Of a stretch of DNA of 64,000 nucleotides, positions 7,589-17,096 are shown piece by piece. The position numbers and the translations under genes are program-made. The DNA comes from Methanomassiliicoccaceae archaeon (GTDB lineage: Archaea; Thermoplasmatota; Thermoplasmata; Methanomassiliicoccales; Methanomassiliicoccaceae), in assembly GCA_040776945.1 (NCBI GenBank), contig JAXGZN010000002.1:864001-928000 (forward strand), given 5' to 3'. The notes beneath the pieces were generated by a model that did no database searches, was not told the DNA's origin, and worked only from the letters and a program-made list of their open reading frames with translations. Each line of letters starts with the position of its first letter. Within the stretch, counting starts at the first letter, position 1.

Positions 7589-10320
7589 GTTCTTCCCCCA
7601 ATCTTGCTGAAATCGCCGAGTTGAGGAATGATGACCTCGCCATCGACAATTGAGTACTTTATCAACCGAGAGGCCACCTTTGTCGCCATATCGGGGTGCT
7701 CCCTGAAATGGTCGCGATAAAGGTCGTTAGATAAAATATACATATTCTTGTCCAAGGCCATCTGGATCACGTGATGATCATCGTTCTGCCCGGACGGTGC
7801 CTGTATCAGATACTTTTTTCTTTCGTTAGAGAAGTACCTCTTCAGAGCTTCGAATTTCTTCTTGCCGGCTTTATCTTTAGTCAGGGTACTCTGAATGCTC
7901 GAACCGATGACGATGAAAACTTCATCACAGGAGTATTTGCCCAATAGCGCTTCGAAGGTCCTTATGACGTTTTCCACGCTAACAGAGCCATCATTCTCAT
8001 TGTAGCGGGCAATGTTGCTGCCGTCCACGACCACTCGAATCCCTGAGACTGGATTCTTGTTGGCATCCATCTTATTTGCCACGATTTTGTCCCAGACGCC
8101 GAGCGTGCGGAGATTTTTCTCGAATCGCTTTGGCTCCCGGACCGAAGTATCGAAGACGGAAACAATGTCGCTATCGGTTATCTTTACCCTCTCAGTAAGC
8201 GCGCTACGCCTGGCCGAGATGATGAAGGATAGCCAGAGTTCGACGTCTCGATCATCTTTCGGACTTAACGAGCGCGAAAGCTGAGTAAGGTGATTGCTTA
8301 GAATTGCGTCAGGCATCATCCCGGCTCTGTTGAGCTCCTCCAGGTTGTTCATCATGGTGGACAATTGCCGCTCGTTTAGTGGTTTGGGCAGCTCCCGTGG
8401 GGGCGACACCAGTGAACTTAGATCGATCTGAACTCCCATTCCGGTCAAGGCCTCATGAATCGAGCGTACCACGACCCTGGTTTCAGGATCTAGTATATCT
8501 AAGGGCTCCTCGAAAATGCGCTTGATTATGTTTGTAAGAGAGAGCTTATCGACCTCTGCTCCGAGCCTGTGCATCTGCACGCAGAGTTTCAGCGCTTCCT
8601 GGGCTTCCTTTCCACTAACTTCGACCTCGCTGATGACCTCACAAGCCTTGGAGGCAAGGAGCATCCTCTGATCGGGTGATTGTATCTTGGAAAGTTGTTC
8701 GACCACTTTTGGTCCCCACTTGATGTTGTCCCTAGAGGTCAAACCTAGAATGGATCCAGCTCTCAAAGAGACGATCAGCTGAACGTATCTATCCCATAAG
8801 GGAGATGAGGCGAAGATAGCACCCCTCTTCTCCAGCACCTCCACCTGCGCGGCCATTCGAGCATCGAACTTGGATTGCTCCTTCGGACGCTTCATCTCTA
8901 TGGAGGACAGGTACAGGTTTGAGTTACCCTTCACTACGCGTTCGGGCAAGGCAATCAATGAATCCCAATTGGCCATGTTCATGTAGCGTTCCCAAATGGC
9001 CAGCTCAGCTTTGGACATCTCTGCTGCGCCTCTAGATGGTTCCATCTTTATGAGGAGCCGTATGATGTCATCAAACTCGTCGTTCGACGGAGCAGAGGCA
9101 CTGATGGCCTCTAGGCACCTCGGCAGATTACTCTCGGAAGGATTGATTACCAACAGAGCTTGGGCCAAACCTTTGTTCATCGGAAGGCGAGACATGCTCA
9201 TGGCGATCTCTTTCTTTATGCTATCCGCTGCCTCTATCCCCTGCTCAGCAAAGACGGGGACGCCGAGACCCTCATCCTGCAGGCTCAGTGCACTAATCAC
9301 TTGTTTATCAGTGGCTAGGATAACTCTACCAGGTTGCTGTAGGTCCAGATGAATTATCTGCACATCATTCCTAGTCACTCCCTTGTCGCCTTCTGGAGTC
9401 TTCGACGGTACGAACACAGTCTTGGGCAATAAGGAAGGATGTTGCATCAGTATGCTCCAAGCCTCTCCGAACAGGGCGCACCATTGAGCGCCCCTTAGGT
9501 AATCGCCCAGGTTGACATTTCCGGCATGCTGGAGCTGACAATCGTCGGGTAGCTCACTGGAATAGGTTTGTCTCCATGATAGGCGTGGTTCAGCATCCCT
9601 CCTCAACGACAGGATGGCTTGTTGAAGCGCCCCATTCTCCCTTGCCACCTTTAGGACAGACTTATCAAGAGTGCTCCGATGATCATCACCCACTGGTGTG
9701 TCGCTGCTGCGGAAGATTACTTTACCTGGGATTAGTAGGATATCCCCTATGACCTGAAGTTTTATCTGAGCACAGGCGGTGGTCGCATTGCTGTAAACCT
9801 GCTCTCCTTTTTCCAGTATCTTGCAATTCTTCAGATGGTTGTAGATTATCCCAAGGGGCGGTTCCTCAACACCCGCGACCCATTCTTCCCCAATATCTCT
9901 ATTGTTTTTGAATATCCTTGAGCCGGCATACCACTCCTTGGTTCCCGGATCAAACAGTATGCTATCCTCCACAATCCTTGGATCACCTAGTATGCGACCT
10001 TTCTCGAACATCCCCCGTCCCTTATCAGTGACCCGATAGAATCCAGGTGTGGTGCGCTGGAGGGCACCAATATCCTCAAGTTGCTTGGCCGCCTCCATCA
10101 GGAATGTCTCATCACCAACTCCAAGTCTCGTAGCTATCTCGCTCACCGACGGAGATGGCTTGATTTTGACCAGCGGAGCCAGGATTGCCCATTCCAACAG
10201 ATTGACCTTTCGGTCTCTCCTGAGGTCAGCCTTGAAGTAAGCCTGAATAACGGGATGTTCGAATTTGGCACCCGCAATTATGGTAAAAGGAGTCCAAGCC
10301 ACACGCTTAGGCTTATCCAA
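7585..10320 (-). CDS. Large protein: N-terminal wHTH, helical middle, C-terminal Regnase/Zc3h12a-like NYN(PIN) ribonuclease
   Basis: VVVDGSNIA...NDDHHVI...ILSNDLYRD with acidic catalytic residues intact; N-terminal SVSEIATRLGV...YRVTDKGR winged helix. Confidence 0.8.
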   Translation of the reverse strand: MDKPKRVAWTPFTIIAGAKFEHPVIQAYFKADLRRDRKVNLLEWAILAPLVKIKPSPSVSEIATRLGVGDETFLMEAAKQLEDIGALQRTTPGFYRVTDKGRGMFEKGRILGDPRIVEDSILFDPGTKEWYAGSRIFKNNRDIGEEWVAGVEEPPLGIIYNHLKNCKILEKGEQVYSNATTACAQIKLQVIGDILLIPGKVIFRSSDTPVGDDHRSTLDKSVLKVARENGALQQAILSLRRDAEPRLSWRQTYSSELPDDCQLQHAGNVNLGDYLRGAQWCALFGEAWSILMQHPSLLPKTVFVPSKTPEGDKGVTRNDVQIIHLDLQQPGRVILATDKQVISALSLQDEGLGVPVFAEQGIEAADSIKKEIAMSMSRLPMNKGLAQALLVINPSESNLPRCLEAISASAPSNDEFDDIIRLLIKMEPSRGAAEMSKAELAIWERYMNMANWDSLIALPERVVKGNSNLYLSSIEMKRPKEQSKFDARMAAQVEVLEKRGAIFASSPLWDRYVQLIVSLRAGSILGLTSRDNIKWGPKVVEQLSKIQSPDQRMLLASKACEVISEVEVSGKEAQEALKLCVQMHRLGAEVDKLSLTNIIKRIFEEPLDILDPETRVVVRSIHEALTGMGVQIDLSSLVSPPRELPKPLNERQLSTMMNNLEELNRAGMMPDAILSNHLTQLSRSLSPKDDRDVELWLSFIISARRSALTERVKITDSDIVSVFDTSVREPKRFEKNLRTLGVWDKIVANKMDANKNPVSGIRVVVDGSNIARYNENDGSVSVENVIRTFEALLGKYSCDEVFIVIGSSIQSTLTKDKAGKKKFEALKRYFSNERKKYLIQAPSGQNDDHHVIQMALDKNMYILSNDLYRDHFREHPDMATKVASRLIKYSIVDGEVIIPQLGDFSKIGGRT

Positions 10321-13300
10321 GCTCCTCCCCCCTTACATAGCCATAGCCGCTCTCCCGCCGCTCGGCCATACCTATAATATCGCGGTAAGAGTAACGGTCC
10401 TCAGTCTGTCCATCGCAGCATATTTTAACCTTCACTTCTTCGAACGATTCCCTTGAGCCTACCACAAAGAGCAGCGTTCGGGCTCGAGAGATGGCGACAT
10501 TGATTCTCCGAAAATCTTTGACGAATTGCGTCACCCTTCCATTGGGGGGCGAGGAGACCAGGCTCGCGATTATGATGTCTCGTTCCATGCCCTGGAATCT
10601 GTCTACCGTCCCTACTCTCAGATCGAACCCCTGGAGCTTCTTCTCTTGCTTCAGTCGATTTACGAGGTCCCACAGCCTTCTCTCTTGGCCGGCGTAGAAG
10701 GAGATTATTCCTACTCCGATCGTTTTGTCCGTCGGTAATGAGGTCTTCTGGGCGCCCAATTGTCTCAATATGCGGCCAATCAGCTCTACCTCATAATCGT
10801 TGTATCTTGAACGGAAGCGGCCCTCTTCCTTGCCCTCAAAGTTACGGACGGGTTTACCGCCTATCATCCTATAGGACGATTCGACCCAAACTAGGTGGGC
10901 GTTCTTGGAAGCCAGTTCACCATGCTCGTTACGCAGAGAGAACTCGTTCTTGCGCTCGTTGTCAGGGTCTTTCAAACCCATTGTGAGCTTGTAACCGCTT
11001 GGATAAAACTGATTGATGGCGCCCATGATGGCTGTGTGCATCCTATACTGCTTTGTCAAGCGAGCCTTCAGTACATCCTCGGCTTGAGTGAACATTTCTT
11101 CAAAATATGATGTTGTCACCAGCTTCTCGTAACGCTTGAGCTTCTGATAAATCTCCTCGCTGCTCACGCTCTCATCGAAGGTCATTTCTTCTTCAGTGAG
11201 ACGGAACGAAGGCGGCAACTGGTGGTGGTCACCAACCAGTATGATCTGCTTGCCAACCAGCATAGGCATGAGCAGTTCTGGTGGGGTTGCTTTTGAGACC
11301 TCGTCGATGATCACCAGATCGAATTCTTTCTGGGAACCCCAGAACTTGTACTTTCCAGTCTCTGAACAGGTGGCCCCGACAATGTTGGATTGAGCCAGGT
11401 AGACTTTCCTGAGGCTTTCTCGGTCAATGTCATCGGTGGCTCCCAGCCTCTCCTTCCACTCCTTCTGGACCTCGTGCCATTCTTCCGAAAGCCCTGCTCC
11501 TTCCTTGAGCGTTTCAAGAGCGTGCCTGAGTCGCTGATGCCATGACAGGTCCCGATAGGAATCGTGGGGATGGGCGAGCTCGGTCTGCTCCTTTAGATGC
11601 TGTTCATATACTGCGGTTATCGACAGCAAGTGGGCAGCACGCTCCTTCTTCCAACCTTCCACCCTCTTTGCCAGTTCGCCTTCCTCGACCTCTGATATCA
11701 CAAGCACTTCTGAGGCGCGTTCCTTTTCCTTCAAGGCGCTTTCGAGCTCCTTTCTATCGGAATCCGCAATCGTTTCAAAACCGCCCTTAAGGCCAGTCAG
11801 ATGATTGCGCTGGGAGGGCGAGATAGTGAGGTCGAAAGTTTGTAGTTGTGTCAGAAGTGCTTTTAACTCTGCAAGGGCCGGCTCCAACTTGCGGTTCGGA
11901 CCGAGAGAGGATCGTAGTTCAGCTAAACGATGTTCTGATTCCTCTCCCCCCTGCAGATGATAGAGGTCGATGCAATCAATAAGAATTGGGTCAAGCGAGC
12001 GGAGATGATTGCGCCAGGCGTCGTTCACGGTACGATCATCTGCCCCCTTAAGGTCCAATAATTTCCGATTTATCTCACCCAGCTCTTTCTGTGCTGTTGA
12101 TACCTGGACACAGTTCTGATCGATCGCGTCTGCAATCAAATTTACGAGCACACGCTTCCTAGCATCTAGATCCTTTGCTTCCGCGGATTTGGTCTCGGCT
12201 AACGGAATGAGGGATGATAATGCCTGTACCTTGTCGATTGCAGTCGTAGCATGCTCCTTCAGCTCCATGTTCTTGACCAGGATGACTGGTAGCACATCCT
12301 TCACCCAAGTGGAGTCATCAGCATGCTTCCTGCCCAGCAAGCCAGAGCATAACGATTCTAGCAATCGCGGCTCCAACTCAGCCAGTCTTTGAATATCGCT
12401 GATACGTTGGGGGAGCCTGCCTTCTCTCACTAACCGGGATAGAAGTTCGACATTTCGCTCATCCAGTGCTACCTTTTCCTGAATTTTCAGTACCCTGTCC
12501 GATATGCTTTTCAAGTTTGATTTCTGTGCTTCGATTGCTTGGCTTGACACCTTTTGAGCCTGCACCATCCCCTTTTCCACTGGCAAGTTCTTTTCGATCC
12601 AATATGAGGCGACCTCAGCCGCTTTTATCTGGCGAATCAACTGACCTTGTGTCTCCACCGTCATAGTTAATGAGGATCTGACCCCAGTGAGCCAGTGCTG
12701 AACCACATTGGCTTCGACGAATGGCTCCCCGTCCTCAGTGATGTTTCTTTTAGGGCCAAGCCGGATTGGCCTCATGTTCACGGCGAACTCCTTCCTCCCC
12801 CCCATTAGCCTGCTGAGGGCGTTGTCGACGGCAAGGTTGGTTTGGGATGCAATGAGCACCCTGCCTCCCCTCTGGGTCACCTGATTGCAGAGTTCGGCGA
12901 TGACAGTGGTTTTTCCAGTCCCTGGAGGCCCCTGTATAAGGCAGAGATCGGGGGTGTTGATCGCTTTTTTGAGGGCCTCCATCTGGCCTTCGTTCAACCT
13001 ATCTTCAATGAGCGTCGATTTCTGAATGCCTTCGTCCCGCGTTGGTAGCCTTGCCTGCCCCACGTCGAATATGAAGTCCTCGAGGTGAGGGTTTGCCGAT
13101 TTTCCCTCCTTCAATCGATTTATGGCTTTTTGTTGAAGGGCTAGGGGCAGTTCGTCCAGGGCTACCGAATTAACCAGTAAGCCTGTAGCGGGCAACGCCA
13201 ATAGTTGGTCATCTCTCTTCTGCTCTTTGTCCTCCATCTCATCTAGCGCGAAGATAGGGTCAAGGTCGACTCGGATTATTGACTGGACATTATCACCATT

Positions 13301-14107
13301 CTTTGACTTGGAGGGAGGACGAGCTTTCTGTCCTGCCGCAATCTTACCCAAACGAATGGGCTCCCCGTCTTCCTCCGACCAGATCCAATTTCTACTTTCG
13401 GGGATGGCGTGGTCGAGGACGTAGACCTCGTCCTCACAACGGAACGCCTTATGGGAGTTTTCCGATCTGTTCTTCACCGATAACTCGATTTCCGCCGTGA
13501 CCGGTCCGGTCCTCACTAGATTTCCGTAAGCTATCCAAGCCCGCCGTCTTTGAACTACATCGAGGCTTTCATCGAGATATGCTTCCCAACTCTCGAGGCG
13601 CCTCTGAAGTTCATCTCGCCTCGGGGGAAGGGCGGTCAGGAAATCGATGTCAGAGGAGAACATGAATGAGTTATCTTCACCAGATTCAGACTCGAGGACC
13701 AGGACAGTGCATGTTATCAAGCCCTCCTTATCTGTGCTCGGCCTCTTTGACACGATGGAATAATACGCCTTTATTATGGTTAGACGACCGTTCGTTCTCA
13801 CACATTCGAAAACCAGGTCGTCCTCCATTCTCATGAAAGCCGAGTGGAGACTGCTCATCGGATCTAGACGGAATCGTAGTCGGCAGAACTTTTCATTCTT
13901 CTTCTCCCCCACGAAGATGTTTTCGACAAGGAAACGAGTTGAGGCGCCGTTAAGGGAGCGAAGTTTCTCCACTATCTCCTTTCCATCTTTTTGATCGACC
14001 TTTATCTTTTCTAGGTCCAATAACAGGACCAACCTTCTGGTCAATTCTCTCTGCCTGATCCCTTGATAATCTTGAGCTACATCTCCAAAGTCGATGATCG
14101 ACGCCAA
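10313..14107 (-). CDS. SF1 helicase, UPF1/DNA2/NAM7-like (AAA_11/AAA_12) with long coiled-coil insertion
   Basis: LNEGQ, QGPPGTGKTT, SQTNLAVDN, IIDEVSKA, VGDHHQLPP, QYRMH, GTVDRFQGMERD, RRINVAISRAR; TTG start after GGGGA. Confidence 0.92.
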   Translation of the reverse strand: MASIIDFGDVAQDYQGIRQRELTRRLVLLLDLEKIKVDQKDGKEIVEKLRSLNGASTRFLVENIFVGEKKNEKFCRLRFRLDPMSSLHSAFMRMEDDLVFECVRTNGRLTIIKAYYSIVSKRPSTDKEGLITCTVLVLESESGEDNSFMFSSDIDFLTALPPRRDELQRRLESWEAYLDESLDVVQRRRAWIAYGNLVRTGPVTAEIELSVKNRSENSHKAFRCEDEVYVLDHAIPESRNWIWSEEDGEPIRLGKIAAGQKARPPSKSKNGDNVQSIIRVDLDPIFALDEMEDKEQKRDDQLLALPATGLLVNSVALDELPLALQQKAINRLKEGKSANPHLEDFIFDVGQARLPTRDEGIQKSTLIEDRLNEGQMEALKKAINTPDLCLIQGPPGTGKTTVIAELCNQVTQRGGRVLIASQTNLAVDNALSRLMGGRKEFAVNMRPIRLGPKRNITEDGEPFVEANVVQHWLTGVRSSLTMTVETQGQLIRQIKAAEVASYWIEKNLPVEKGMVQAQKVSSQAIEAQKSNLKSISDRVLKIQEKVALDERNVELLSRLVREGRLPQRISDIQRLAELEPRLLESLCSGLLGRKHADDSTWVKDVLPVILVKNMELKEHATTAIDKVQALSSLIPLAETKSAEAKDLDARKRVLVNLIADAIDQNCVQVSTAQKELGEINRKLLDLKGADDRTVNDAWRNHLRSLDPILIDCIDLYHLQGGEESEHRLAELRSSLGPNRKLEPALAELKALLTQLQTFDLTISPSQRNHLTGLKGGFETIADSDRKELESALKEKERASEVLVISEVEEGELAKRVEGWKKERAAHLLSITAVYEQHLKEQTELAHPHDSYRDLSWHQRLRHALETLKEGAGLSEEWHEVQKEWKERLGATDDIDRESLRKVYLAQSNIVGATCSETGKYKFWGSQKEFDLVIIDEVSKATPPELLMPMLVGKQIILVGDHHQLPPSFRLTEEEMTFDESVSSEEIYQKLKRYEKLVTTSYFEEMFTQAEDVLKARLTKQYRMHTAIMGAINQFYPSGYKLTMGLKDPDNERKNEFSLRNEHGELASKNAHLVWVESSYRMIGGKPVRNFEGKEEGRFRSRYNDYEVELIGRILRQLGAQKTSLPTDKTIGVGIISFYAGQERRLWDLVNRLKQEKKLQGFDLRVGTVDRFQGMERDIIIASLVSSPPNGRVTQFVKDFRRINVAISRARTLLFVVGSRESFEEVKVKICCDGQTEDRYSYRDIIGMAERRESGYGYVRGEELG

Positions 14108-14529
14108 TTAATCCCCAATGAGGATAATTATACGACTATTAAAATAACTAAGCGACTCGTGTTTAAATTTAGGATTCTGAAGCATTGGTGGCACCAACGT
14201 CGATTCGCCTAGATGTGGTTATTAAGTTCCTAAATTATCGGTCTTGTTGCAAAAGTCATCTGACGAATTCTGAAGCCTATTTATCATTTATTATCCATAT
14301 CTCTATCAAAATATAATAGTGTGGTCCAACCTATTGCCAGTTGTTCAGAAAGACGATAGGTTGGTGACCACGATGACAGCAATTACGAGCGAAGTATTCA
14401 CCTATGTGATAAGTGCTCCCCGCGAAATAGTCGCGCGTTCATGCCAACCAACAGGGCCACGCTGATCGAATGTCATGAGCGCGATATGCCTCTCGCCCCC
14501 AAGCCCGTTCTTTTTGCAACGGCAACCCT

Positions 14530-14860
14530 TTAGCTATCCCTCGACCGATCGCTCCTGGGGAAGAGCGCCTGCGGGATCATCGACAGCATGTACGGATGCC
14601 TCAGCACGTACGACGGGCGGAGATAGAACGATACGTAGGCCTTGGCCAGCTTCCTCACCACCGCCTTGCGCCCGATGCCCATGCGGTCGCAGTCGATGAC
14701 CGGTTCCACGGCCGTGAAGCGGCTATAGTCCTCTGTCGACAGTGGATCATCGGCTCTCAGCTCGTCGAATATCAGCGTCCCCGGGAAGGGGCCAATGGAG
14801 GTGTCCTCGATCATTTCCGGCCCATGATCACGCCCGATGGGGAGACGGCAGCCGATCACG
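14530..14860 (-). pseudogene. C-terminal fragment of a B12-binding-type radical SAM enzyme
   Basis: PFPGT, YSRF and AYVSFYLRP motifs typical of these C-termini; no CxxxCxxC upstream. Confidence 0.55.
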
Positions 14861-15111
14861 ATGCTCGTTCGGCCAGCCATCGCCGACATGGCGAAAGGCA
14901 AGCGGCGGCGAACATCGCTCCGCTCAAAAGAGATATGCTACTTGCCGACCATATAGTGCCTGGCGTCAACGATCTGGTGCCTGACCGGGCGCAAGATCTT
15001 GTTCGAGCCGATGCAGCGGAACGGTCGTTAAGCATGACCGTTGTGGAAGCCGCGCCTTCCGATCGGAGATAGACGGTCCCGGACCTTCGATGGTCCTGAG
15101 GGTGATAGAGC

Positions 15112-15771
15112 ATGCGAGGCGAAAACGACCAGAAATGCCACTGGAACTCAACATATGAACGGTCGCAGGACTTCTTCGGCAAGGAGCCGAGCGAGCTGGC
15201 CGTCAGCGCGCTGCCGACGCTGAAGGACCATGGCGTGAGGACCGTCCTGGAGCTCGGCTGCGGACAGGGGCGGGACACCTGGTACTTCGCCAGGAACGGC
15301 ATGGCCGTCACCGCCCTGGACTACTCCGAAACCGGGGTCTGCCAGATGCGAGATGCCGTGGAGAGGGAGCGGCTGGACGATGTCGTAACGGTCATGGTAC
15401 ACGACGCCCGGGCCCCTCTTCCCTTCCCCGACAGCGCTTTCGATGCCGTCTACTCGCACATGTTCTTCACCATGGAGTTCTCCGAAGAGGAAGTATCCAG
15501 GATGCTGGGCGATTGCCGCAGGGTGCTGAGGCCCGGAGGACTGAACATATACTCGGTGCGCAACGACCACGATCCGCACTACGGCAAGTTCGAGCCTCGA
15601 GGCAAGGATATGTGGAAGAACCCCCTGGGCTTCGTGGTGCACTTCTTCACCGAGGAGAAGCTCCGCGAGCTCTCCGCCGGTTATGAGATATTGTGGATCA
15701 AGGAGTTCGATGAGCCTTCACCGGCGTACACGAAGAAGCTGTACGAGGTAGCGCTCCGAAGGCCCGGGTGA
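15112..15771 (+). CDS. Class I SAM-dependent methyltransferase
   Basis: VLELGCGQGRD, FDAVYS, LRPGG. Confidence 0.9.
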   Translation: MRGENDQKCHWNSTYERSQDFFGKEPSELAVSALPTLKDHGVRTVLELGCGQGRDTWYFARNGMAVTALDYSETGVCQMRDAVERERLDDVVTVMVHDARAPLPFPDSAFDAVYSHMFFTMEFSEEEVSRMLGDCRRVLRPGGLNIYSVRNDHDPHYGKFEPRGKDMWKNPLGFVVHFFTEEKLRELSAGYEILWIKEFDEPSPAYTKKLYEVALRRPG

Positions 15772-15774
15772 GCC

Positions 15775-16878
15775 TTGCATCTCGATAGGGAGCAGGAACT
15801 GTCGCTGGCCGGAGAACGGGGACCGGCGGCCGAATGGGCCATGGGAGTCCTGGTGAAGCTCGGCGATAGGGCGGGCTCTTCCAGGATGGTCCCGGTGAGC
15901 TCCGTGCATGTCCCCGGCTGGTGCGAGGCCGGTCCATCGGACGCCTGCAGGTGGCTGACCTCGTCCGCCGGTCAGGGCACCGTGCCGCTCACTGCCAACC
16001 CCGGAGGACCGGACGATGATGGCACCCGGGAGCGGAAGCAGGCATTGGAGAACTGGCGGTCGCGGCCCTGCTACTCGTTCACCTGCGCACCGTATCTTTC
16101 CGGGAACCGTCCTTCAAGAGGCCAGGTGATCGCGTGGGGAGGCCGCGCGGCCTCCGCTTTCGCCAACTCGATCATCGGCGCGAGGACCGAGGTGGAGAGC
16201 TTCGAGACCGCCCTGGCATCGGCCATTACCGGACTGACGCCGGAGCGGGGGCTCCACTTGGAGGAGAGGCGCCGGATGTCCGTCGCCGTCACCGTCAAAA
16301 AAGACCATGGCGGGAAGATCGACCACCCCTTGCTCGGCTGGAGAATATCTAGAGAGCTGGATGGCCGGACGCCCCTGCTGTGCGGGATATCGCCGACCTT
16401 CGACGAGGCCAAGAGGCTGGCCTTCGCCATAAACTCTCGGGCAGGCATCCCGCTCTTCGGAATAAGGCGGGAGGCCGCCCCTCCCGCCGGCACGGAGGCC
16501 GTGGAAGTGAGCTTGGATGACGAGATCCTCGACCGGCCGGAGAGACCGGACCTTGTAATCCTGGGATGCCCGCATTTGTCCGAGCAGGACATCAACCGAT
16601 GGTCCAAGAGACTGGCGGACAGGGTGCCGGGCAGGGCGGAGGTATGGTTCTTCACATCCCGCCTGTGCATGGACAAGTGCCCCACCTTCGGCGCTGTGCT
16701 GCGCAAGCGGGGCCGGGTGCTCGCCGACCAGTGCCCCCTGGGCCTGATCAGGGAGCTAGCGGGCAGGGTCGTGGCATGCGACAGTCCCTCGCTGGTCGAG
16801 TGCCTCCGGCGAAAGGGCGTGAGCGCGTCATATCTTGCCGAGGACGAGCTGGTCGCTCTTCTGGTCCGAAGGGACTAG
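15775..16878 (+). CDS. Aconitase X (DUF521) large-subunit-like protein, divergent
   Basis: MHLDREQE...GERG start, TCAPY, FANSIIGART, ITGLTP, LGCPHLS, DQCP. Confidence 0.75.
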   Translation: MHLDREQELSLAGERGPAAEWAMGVLVKLGDRAGSSRMVPVSSVHVPGWCEAGPSDACRWLTSSAGQGTVPLTANPGGPDDDGTRERKQALENWRSRPCYSFTCAPYLSGNRPSRGQVIAWGGRAASAFANSIIGARTEVESFETALASAITGLTPERGLHLEERRRMSVAVTVKKDHGGKIDHPLLGWRISRELDGRTPLLCGISPTFDEAKRLAFAINSRAGIPLFGIRREAAPPAGTEAVEVSLDDEILDRPERPDLVILGCPHLSEQDINRWSKRLADRVPGRAEVWFFTSRLCMDKCPTFGAVLRKRGRVLADQCPLGLIRELAGRVVACDSPSLVECLRRKGVSASYLAEDELVALLVRRD

Positions 16879-17096
16879 GTGGGAACCAGGGGGCCTCCTA
16901 CCTCATCGCCAAGGCCGCCGGACCTGATGCGGCATTATGATCGATCGTATGTTACCGATCATCATGTCGCGCATGGCCCTCGAGGGGCGAGTCCATCATC
17001 GCCGAGCTGTGAGGCCGGTGCTGAAAGGCCGCACGTGTGCTAAGCGCTGATTGTCGTCGCAAAAGGCGGGCAGGCGCCCGTCGATCGCCTGCCGCT

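Larger units (their letters stand above)
1847..14400. mobile_element. tRNA-Gly-anchored genomic (defence) island; right boundary approximate
   Basis: Abuts the tRNA, carries an integrase remnant, is visibly lower in GC than the flanks and holds only accessory genes. No attR repeat seen. Confidence 0.75.
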
